The notes under the pieces: model-generated
Told to the model about the DNA's origin: nothing
The model's input: the letters and a program-made list of their open reading frames with translations, nothing else
The model's database searches: none
Origin: an uncultured Acidobacteriota bacterium
Lineage (GTDB): Bacteria > Acidobacteriota > Thermoanaerobaculia > UBA5066 > Gp7-AA6
Direction of reading: 5' to 3'
Length of the DNA: 64,000 nucleotides
NCBI GenBank assembly: GCA_963805495.1
Contig: CAWDUQ010000002.1
Location: 164,138-228,137, forward strand
Made by a program: the position numbers and the translations under genes
In this document: positions 57,770 through 64,000 of the stretch, piece by piece
Layout of the letters: every line of letters starts with the position of its first letter
How positions within the stretch are numbered: position 1 is the stretch's first letter

Positions 57770-58635
57770 CCGCCGAAGTCGTGGACGTGGTGGCGCACGA
57801 AGCTTTCGAAGGACCGGGGCGCGCGGTCGAGGACCTCCTCGACGCCGAGCGCGACGGCGGAGCCGTTGGTCGTGCCCTGGCCCTGCTGGAACCACGCGTA
57901 GAGCTCGACGAAGGCGTCGGCGCTCCACTCCGACTCGCCCACGCCCATCAGGCTGCGGCGTCCCTCGGCCGGCGAGAGATCCACGAAACGCACCTCGCGG
58001 CCCGCGATCATCGTGATGCGGCGGGCGACGTCCGCGAACGACTGGGCCTCCGGACCCGTCAGCTCGTAGGCCCGGCCTTCGTGTCCCGGCTCTGTCAGCA
58101 CCCGCGCCGCGACCGCCGCGACGTCGTGCGCGTCGACGTCGGCATGCCGCCCGTTCCCCGCCGGCGCCGCGATCACGCCCTGTGTGCGAATTGCGTCGGC
58201 ATAGCCCAGATAGTTCTGCATGAAGAAGTTCGGCCGGAGGAACGTCCAGGCGAGGCCCGAGGCTTCGATGTGACGCTCGGCGTCCCCGTGGAGCTTCAGG
58301 AAGAGGGGAGCCTTCTCGGCGTCCGCGCCGACGGAGGAGAGCTTTACGACGTGCTCGACGCCGGCGGCCCTCGCGGCGTCGACGATGCGCGCCTCCGTCT
58401 CGGGCTGGTCGGGAAGCGAGTTCGTCAGCAGGAAGAGCTTCGCGATCCCTCGCAGCGCGGCCTCGACCGAGGCGTGGTCCGCGAACTCGCCCACCACGGC
58501 ATCGCCCCCGGCCTCCCGGATCGACTGCGCCTTCCCGACGCTCCGCACGAGTGCCCGGAACGGCGTGCGGCCGGCGGACAGGAGTCGGACGAGCTCCCGA
58601 CCGATCGTTCCCGTGGCGCCGGTGACGAGGATCAT
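57766..58635 (-). CDS. NmrA-like / atypical SDR NAD(P)H-binding protein
   Basis: MILVTGATGTIGRELVRLL (GxxGxxG)...HVVKLSS... Confidence 0.7.
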   Translation of the reverse strand: MILVTGATGTIGRELVRLLSAGRTPFRALVRSVGKAQSIREAGGDAVVGEFADHASVEAALRGIAKLFLLTNSLPDQPETEARIVDAARAAGVEHVVKLSSVGADAEKAPLFLKLHGDAERHIEASGLAWTFLRPNFFMQNYLGYADAIRTQGVIAAPAGNGRHADVDAHDVAAVAARVLTEPGHEGRAYELTGPEAQSFADVARRITMIAGREVRFVDLSPAEGRRSLMGVGESEWSADAFVELYAWFQQGQGTTNGSAVALGVEEVLDRAPRSFESFVRHHVHDFGG

Positions 58636-58695
58636 GCGAGCGGGCGAGTCTAGCGCAGGCAGGTCCGGCGACAGGGGCTTGTTCGGAAACGCGGC

Positions 58696-59802
58696 CTACG
58701 GACGGGGCTCGATCGGTCGGGGTTCCCGAGTGCCCGCTTCCACGCGCAATGGACACACCTCGCAGAGGCTGTAGCCGTAGACCCCCTGCAGGGTTCCCGC
58801 GTATAGCGTCATCGCGTCGGCGTTCACCGCGAGAGACGAGATCGGCTCCGGCCACGGCGATGTCGGGAAACGTCCGAGGGGCGACCAGGTCTCGCCCGCG
58901 TCCGAGCTGACGAAGACGACCCCGCCGATGGCAACGAAGAGCGATCCAGTACGCACGGGGTCGGCCGCGAACGCCTCTGGCGGCTCGGTCCAGCGGGGAT
59001 CCCGGAGGAGCGTCCAGTGGATGCCGCGATCGTCGCTGCGGTAGAGGGCGGCGTTGGAACGGTCCAGCCCGTAGAGACGATCGACGTCGACGGCGTCCGG
59101 CTGGATTTCGATCTGTGTCAGGTTCCCGTCCCACACGCCCATCGCGGCCGCTCCGTTGGAGTCGACTCGATAGAGCATTCCGTCGATGAGCGATGAAGCG
59201 AACGTGAGTGGCTCAAGGCCCGGGACTGCGAAGATCGGAAAGAGTCCGCCGTCCACGGGCGCGCAGGGGCGATCCACGCGGGGACATCGATAGTCTCGCG
59301 ACTCGTAAGGACGTGGTTGCCAGCACCAGAATGGCCCCGGTCGTACACACGGAACTTGAACGTACGCCCGCATGTAGACCGTCGGATCGCCCGCGAGATC
59401 GGCCGTGACGTGCTGCACCCAAGCGCCCGGCGGATCGGGCCACGCGGCCCAGGTCGAACCGTGATCCGAGGACAGCACGACGTTGCCGCTGCCCACCACG
59501 TAGACGACTTCCGGCGGCACCCGGCTGACGACGACCTGATCCGCCGAGGGCCCGAGCTTCAGCCCCGCCGGCCTCCACGTGCGCCCGAGGTCGTCCGAAA
59601 CGGACACGACGTTGGCCCCTCCGGCCGCGTAGACGATTCCCGGTTCGTCGCGAGAGGTGGCGATCCGGAGCCCCGCAACCGGTCCGTCCGCGAGCAGGGT
59701 CCACTGGTTCTGGCCCGCGCCGGCAGTCGCGGCGGTCAGCAGCGGGACGAACGACGCCAAGAGCCAGCGTGCGGCGCCGCGGGTGCAGAAGCTCATACCC
59801 AA
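58696..59802 (-). CDS. Secreted BNR/Asp-box repeat beta-propeller protein (sialidase/Ycf48-like fold, function unknown)
   Basis: Signal peptide, then four S-x-D-x-G-x-T/H-W repeats (SDDLGRTW, SSDHGSTW, RSDDRGIHW, SSDAGETW). Confidence 0.6.
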   Translation of the reverse strand: MGMSFCTRGAARWLLASFVPLLTAATAGAGQNQWTLLADGPVAGLRIATSRDEPGIVYAAGGANVVSVSDDLGRTWRPAGLKLGPSADQVVVSRVPPEVVYVVGSGNVVLSSDHGSTWAAWPDPPGAWVQHVTADLAGDPTVYMRAYVQVPCVRPGPFWCWQPRPYESRDYRCPRVDRPCAPVDGGLFPIFAVPGLEPLTFASSLIDGMLYRVDSNGAAAMGVWDGNLTQIEIQPDAVDVDRLYGLDRSNAALYRSDDRGIHWTLLRDPRWTEPPEAFAADPVRTGSLFVAIGGVVFVSSDAGETWSPLGRFPTSPWPEPISSLAVNADAMTLYAGTLQGVYGYSLCEVCPLRVEAGTREPRPIEPRP

Positions 59803-59838
59803 GTGTACGGAGGAAGTCGAAGCGGTGCCAGGGGCGGA

Positions 59839-60177
59839 TCAGGCTCCGATGATCTCTTCGAGCCCCTCGGTGACCTGCATCAGCTCCTCGGGGGATGCCG
59901 AGCCGAGCCGCTTCCCGAGCCGGTCGACCGAAAGCGTTCGCACCTGGCCGACCTTGACCCAGGACGGCTTCGGGAGCGATCGCTCACGCAGAGCCACGGT
60001 CAGAGGAAAACCTTCGCGGGGCTCGTGGCTCGTGACCGCCATGGCGATGACGGTACCCGTCCGTTGATTGAAGACCTCGTGACTGATGATGAGAACGGGG
60101 CGACGGCCGGCCTGCTCGTGTCCGCGCACCGGATCGAGCTCGGCCCAGAGGATGTCGCCCCTCAGTACTCGGGCCAT
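59839..60177 (-). CDS. mazF: PemK/MazF-family type II toxin (mRNA interferase)
   Basis: MARVLRGDILWAELDPVRGHEQAGRRPVLIISHEVFNQRTGTVIAMAVTSHEP..., the canonical MazF fold sequence. The true start is at 60177, inside the longer ORF 59839..60423. Confidence 0.8.
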   Translation of the reverse strand: MARVLRGDILWAELDPVRGHEQAGRRPVLIISHEVFNQRTGTVIAMAVTSHEPREGFPLTVALRERSLPKPSWVKVGQVRTLSVDRLGKRLGSASPEELMQVTEGLEEIIGA

Positions 60178-60416
60178 CCCTCGAGGTCGTAGGAGGCCCC
60201 TTCTTCGGCCAGGGCCTGCTCGGCGCCGGCGTCGACCTTCGCGCACTCGCGTGCGAGGCGGCGCCGTTCGACTCGCGCGATCTGCGCTTCGACGGCGAGC
60301 TGGATGGCCCGGCTCCGGCTGGGGAACCGCCCCGCCTCGACGAGACGATCGAGTCGAGCCAGAACGTCGCGGTCGAGGGAGATCGCAATCTTCGAGACAG
60401 CCATTGGTATGACCAT
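60162..60416 (-). CDS. Ribbon-helix-helix (CopG/MazE-like) antitoxin
   Basis: MAVSKIAISLDRDVLARLDRLVEAGRFPSRSRAIQLAVE is an RHH motif. It overlaps the toxin start by about 16 nt. Confidence 0.7.
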   Translation of the reverse strand: MVIPMAVSKIAISLDRDVLARLDRLVEAGRFPSRSRAIQLAVEAQIARVERRRLARECAKVDAGAEQALAEEGASYDLEGWPEY

Positions 60417-60427
60417 ACGTCATACCA
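60405..60427. promoter_or_regulatory. Perfect 9-bp inverted repeat with a 5-nt spacer (TGGTATGAC-catac-GTCATACCA) overlapping the antitoxin start. Putative autoregulatory operator of the toxin-antitoxin operon.
   Basis: Read directly from 60405-60427. The position at the start of the RHH antitoxin gene is typical of TA autorepression sites. Confidence 0.5.
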
Positions 60428-60472
60428 ACCCGCGAGTCAAGGCTCCGCCGCTCGGGCTAAGCTCGCGCCGGC

Positions 60473-61378
60473 ATGCCGGAGCTCCCGGACATCCTCGGCT
60501 ACCTCGCTGCGCTCGAGCCGCGCGTCGTCGGAAAACGGCTCGAGGCCGTGCGGCTCGGAAGTCCCTTTCTGCTGCGCTCCGTCTCGCCGCCGCTGTCGGC
60601 GGCCGAGGGTCGGTCAGTCATCGGGCTGCGCCGAATCGGCAAGCGAATCGTCCTCGCTCTCGAGGGCGGGCTCTTTCTCGTCCTGCACCTGATGGTCGCC
60701 GGCCGGCTGCACTGGAAGAAGCGGCCGGGCAGGGTGGGGGGCCGCGGAGCACTCGCGTCCTTCGACTTTCCGGACGGATCGCTCGTCCTCTCCGAGGCGA
60801 GCACGAAGAAGCGGGCGTCGCTTCACATCGTCGCGGGCGAGGCGAATCTCGAGGAGCTCGACCGCGGGGGAATCGAAGTGCTCGAGGCCGACCTGCCGCG
60901 ATTTCGCGACGCCCTCCTCCGGGAGAATCACACGTTGAAGCGCGCGCTCACGGACCCGCGCCTCTTCTCGGGCATCGGCAACGCGTATTCGGACGAAATC
61001 CTCCACCGCGCCCGGCTCTCGCCGGCGAAGCTGACGCAGAGAATGTCGGAGGAGGAGATCGGGCGGCTCCACGCGGCGACTCGCGCGGTGCTCGGAGAGT
61101 GGGTTGAAAAGCTGTCTGCCGAAGCAGGGAAGACGTTCCCCGAGAAAGTCACGGCGTTTCGCGAGGGGATGGCCGTGCACGGGCGCTACGGCAAGCCGTG
61201 CCCGGTCTGCGGCTCGCCCGTGCAGCGAATCGTCTACGCGGAAAACGAGGCGAACTACTGCGCCACCTGCCAGACCGGTGGGAAGCTCCTCGCCGACCGG
61301 GCCCTCTCGCAGCTTCTGCGCGGCGACTGGCCCCGCACGCTCGAGGAGCTCGAAGAGCGCATGAGGCCGGTCGGTTGA
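60473..61378 (+). CDS. Fpg/Nei-family DNA glycosylase/AP lyase
   Basis: N-terminal MPELPD (catalytic Pro2/Glu3). H2TH region. C-terminal zinc finger CPVCGSPVQRIVYAENEANYCATCQ. Confidence 0.85.
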   Translation: MPELPDILGYLAALEPRVVGKRLEAVRLGSPFLLRSVSPPLSAAEGRSVIGLRRIGKRIVLALEGGLFLVLHLMVAGRLHWKKRPGRVGGRGALASFDFPDGSLVLSEASTKKRASLHIVAGEANLEELDRGGIEVLEADLPRFRDALLRENHTLKRALTDPRLFSGIGNAYSDEILHRARLSPAKLTQRMSEEEIGRLHAATRAVLGEWVEKLSAEAGKTFPEKVTAFREGMAVHGRYGKPCPVCGSPVQRIVYAENEANYCATCQTGGKLLADRALSQLLRGDWPRTLEELEERMRPVG

Positions 61379-61416
61379 GGGCGCGCCCGGGCGCGGCCGG
61401 AACGCCCGCCGCCGGA

Positions 61417-61947
61417 ATGCTCGCACTCTTCCTGCTCTCCGTGTCGGCAGTGCGCGCCGAAGGGCCGCTCGCGGTGGGACGCCCGCCGGAGTGGGGAGTC
61501 GTGGCGGGCTACGCGATCCCGGCGGACCTCGGCCCCGGGGACTCCGAGGAGCACCAGGTCGTGATTTCGCCCTCGGTCGGCTTCCGGCTTTCGTCGCGGC
61601 TCGAGTGGCTGGCCGCGGCGACCTTCGAGCGGTACGTCTCGCCCGACGCCTACTTCGTGGGCATCCTTCCCGGCGGGCTGCGTCTCACGCTCCTCGACGG
61701 TCCGTGGCTGCCGTACGCCGCGCTCGGTCTCGGAGTCGGCTGGACGGACCTGGTCGAGAAAATCCCCGAGATCAACCGCCGCTTCAATTTCCGGATCGAG
61801 GGGGCGGTCGGAATCCGCCGGGAAGTCACGGAAACGTCCGGGTGGACGCTCGAGGTCCGCTACCAGCACACGTCCAACGCCGGCACGGTGCCGCCCAACT
61901 ACGGTTTGAATTCGTTCGCCTTTCTCGGGGGTTGGCGCTTCCGGTGA
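61417..61947 (+). CDS. PagL-like lipid A 3-O-deacylase / acyloxyacyl hydrolase family outer-membrane beta-barrel
   Basis: Signal peptide MLALFLLSVSAVRA. Small beta-barrel ending ...YQHTSNAGTVPPNYGLNSFAFLGGWRF (PagL His/Ser/Asn region). Confidence 0.55.
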   Translation: MLALFLLSVSAVRAEGPLAVGRPPEWGVVAGYAIPADLGPGDSEEHQVVISPSVGFRLSSRLEWLAAATFERYVSPDAYFVGILPGGLRLTLLDGPWLPYAALGLGVGWTDLVEKIPEINRRFNFRIEGAVGIRREVTETSGWTLEVRYQHTSNAGTVPPNYGLNSFAFLGGWRFR

Positions 61948-61951
61948 CGTC

Positions 61952-62892
61952 CTAGGGCGTCGCGCCCGCGAGGATCGAAGCCAGCACGGGGGCGTCGATG
62001 TTGCCGCCGGAGACGACGCAGACGAGCCTGCCTGCCGGCGCGCCGGCGGATGCGGCGGCTGCGACCGATGCGCCTGCGGCTCCCTCCGCCACGACGCGCG
62101 CCCGCGCGGCGAGGAGCCGGACCGCGGCGGCGATCTCGGCGAGCGAAACGACGATCGAGCCGGCGAGCAGCGCCGAGGCCAGCGGCCACATGTCGGCCAG
62201 GACGCTGCGGCCTCCGATGCCGTCGACGAAGCTCGGCGTGTACTCGACGGAGACGGGCCGCCCGGCCGCGAGGGCGGCGGCGAACGGCGCGGCCGTTTCG
62301 ACTTCGCAGGCGTAGACCTTCGCGTCCGGCCGGATGGCGCGCACCGCGGACGCGATTCCGCAGGAGAGGCCGCCGCCCCCGTACGGCACGAGCACGGCGT
62401 CGACGTCCGGAAGCTCCTCGAGAATCTCGAGGCCGATCGTCCCGTTGCCGGCGATGACGGCCCGGTCCGCGAAGGGATGGATCATGAGTCCCTCCATTCC
62501 CGGGTACGCGTGATCGACGAAGACCTGCCACCATCTCTGGAACGGCACCTTGACGACCTTGCCGCCGAGCCGCTCGATCGCGGCGATCTTCGCCTGCGGC
62601 GCGTGGTCGGGCACGATGACCGTGCAGGGGACACCGGCCTTTTTCGCGCACCAGGCGACGCCCTGTGCCATGTTGCCGGCGCTCGCGGTCCACACGCCGC
62701 GGGCGAGCGTCCCGGTCGGCGCGAGGGTCATCGCGCTGGCGGCCCCGCGCAGCTTGAAGGAGCCGATCGGCTGAAGGCACTCGAGCTTCAACCAGATCTC
62801 GCGGCCGGAGTCGAGGGAGAGGGGGATGAGCGGGGTTCGGGCCGCGGTCCCGGAAATGCGGTCCCGGGCCTCGCGGATCTCCCGGAGGCCGA
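61952..62892 (-). CDS. PLP-dependent threonine/serine dehydratase-fold enzyme (EutB-like)
   Basis: KLECLQPIGSFKLRGA is the PLP-lysine motif of the threonine dehydratase/serine racemase subfamily. GGGGLSCG is the Gly loop. The conserved N-terminal region (PIEPVGLREIREARDRISGTAARTPLIPL) lies upstream of the first canonical start (TTG at 62791). There is no ATG, GTG or TTG in-frame back to the upstream stop, so the 5' end at an ATT near 62892 is uncertain. Confidence 0.6.
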
Positions 62893-62897
62893 CCGGC

Positions 62898-63890
62898 TCA
62901 ATCGGCGTCGTGGCGGCTCCCTCCGAACTCGACGAACTGGCCGAAGCCGGAGCCCCTCGCCTTGGCGTAGATGTGCTGCGCCGCGGCGATGTCCTCGATC
63001 GCGAGGCCGACCGACTTGAAGAGCGTGACGTCGGAGGGCGACGTGCGGCCGGGAACGGATCCGTTCAACACCTCGCCCAGATCGCCGCGGATGTGAGCGT
63101 CGCTCACGGCCCCCTCCGCGCGCGGGATGAGGAAGTCGCCCGCCTCCTGGAGAGCCGAGGCGCGGTGGTCGACGAAGAGGCGCGAACGGACGACGGCGGC
63201 CGTGTCGACCTCCCGGGCGGTCGCGACGCTCGAGCCGACGACGTTGAGGTGCGCGCCGTCCTTGAGCCATTCCCCGCGGACGACCGGCTCGCGCGAGGAA
63301 GTCACCGTGCAGACGATGTCGGCGCCCGAAACCGCTTCCTGCACGGAAGCGCACGGGGTGATCGCGAGCTCGTGGCGCTTGCCCTCCCGCTCGGCGAAGC
63401 GCTTCGCGCGGGCGAGGGTCTGGCTCGCGACCCGGACGCGGCGGATGGGGCGCACGGCGCGCATGGCCTCGAGGTGCGTGCGGGCCTGCACCCCCGACCC
63501 GACGAGCGCGAGGTCGCCGGCGTCCTCGCGCGCGAGCAGGCGCGTGGCGAGCCCGCTGACCGCGGCGGTGCGGACCGCCGTCACCGACGTGGCGTCGATG
63601 ACCGCGAGCAGGCGCCCCCGCCCCGCTTCGAAGAGCAGAACGGCGCCCTGGTGCGAGTCGAGGTCGGTGCCTTCGTTGCGGGGAAAGAACGTCACGGCCT
63701 TCAGGCCCACGGCCGCGAGCCCCGTCAGGTGCGCCGGCATGAGTCCGAGGGCGCCTGTCTTGCCCGGGAGCCAGAGGATCTGCCGGATCGGCATCTCGGC
63801 CTCGCCCCGCGCGAGGGCGGCGAAGGCGCGCGCCATGACGTCGACGCAGTCTTTCACCGGAAGAAGGCGGGGGACCTCGCTCTGATTCAC
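62898..63890 (-). CDS. Ornithine cyclodeaminase / mu-crystallin family NAD-dependent enzyme
   Basis: VNQSEVPRLLPVKDCVDVMARAFAAL...LALVGSGVQARTHLEAM (Rossmann)...TVTSSREPVV...NVVGSS. GTG start. Confidence 0.8.
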   Translation of the reverse strand: MNQSEVPRLLPVKDCVDVMARAFAALARGEAEMPIRQILWLPGKTGALGLMPAHLTGLAAVGLKAVTFFPRNEGTDLDSHQGAVLLFEAGRGRLLAVIDATSVTAVRTAAVSGLATRLLAREDAGDLALVGSGVQARTHLEAMRAVRPIRRVRVASQTLARAKRFAEREGKRHELAITPCASVQEAVSGADIVCTVTSSREPVVRGEWLKDGAHLNVVGSSVATAREVDTAAVVRSRLFVDHRASALQEAGDFLIPRAEGAVSDAHIRGDLGEVLNGSVPGRTSPSDVTLFKSVGLAIEDIAAAQHIYAKARGSGFGQFVEFGGSRHDAD

Positions 63891-64000
63891 GATGAGGACT
63901 TCGATGACGCACGCTCCTCTTCCGCCGGTGTCAAAAGGGAATACGAAACCACGAAACTGCCGCCGAGGATATGCCCGCCGGGGGCCTCACTGCCAGCGGA

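Overview
High-GC (roughly 68-70%) bacterial chromosomal segment, densely coding on both strands. I found no rRNA, tRNA, CRISPR array or transposase. The gene content suggests an Acidobacteria-like soil bacterium; this is inference, not a database result. Supporting features are a carboxypeptidase-regulatory-domain TonB receptor, an ECF sigma next to a Ser/Thr kinase, and SBBP and GloVer beta-propeller repeat proteins. In window order the content is: (1) a 2-oxoacid dehydrogenase E2, a GT39-type glycosyltransferase and a methyltransferase in an overlapping minus-strand chain. (2) A LiaF-like/LytS/LytTR three-gene module followed by a LIP-family lipase. (3) XdhC and a TonB-dependent receptor. 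(4) An ECF sigma factor with a transmembrane Ser/Thr kinase. (5) A 6.7-kb gene for a roughly 2,200-aa secreted mosaic protein, followed by two further secreted repeat proteins (SBBP-type and GloVer-type) that end in unusual cysteine-bearing SLH-like domains. (6) A xanthine-dehydrogenase-family (form-II CoxL-like) S-L-M-G cluster directly downstream of pyruvate/2-oxoacid dehydrogenase E1 alpha/beta. (7) A translationally coupled GT2 plus radical-SAM/SPASM pair. (8) Bacterioferritin, an acyl-CoA mutase catalytic subunit, ribBA and an SPFH protein. (9) A molybdenum-cofactor cluster (mobA, moaC, moaA, mog, and a DUF1343-MobB fusion). (10) A HAD phosphatase, class V aminotransferase, serA and ddl operon. 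(11) Housekeeping and accessory genes: deacetylase, NmrA, a BNR-repeat protein, MazEF-like toxin-antitoxin, fpg, a PagL-like protein, and a threonine-dehydratase-like/ornithine-cyclodeaminase pair. The most notable feature is a cluster of at least 12 single-base frameshifts, mostly in homopolymers. Most fall in the 23.7-32.7 kb repeat-protein region; the exception is XdhC near 10.3 kb. Either that region is decaying or the assembly is error-prone there. Many six-frame ORFs listed on the opposite strand of recognisable genes are GC-driven artefacts and are not reported as genes.
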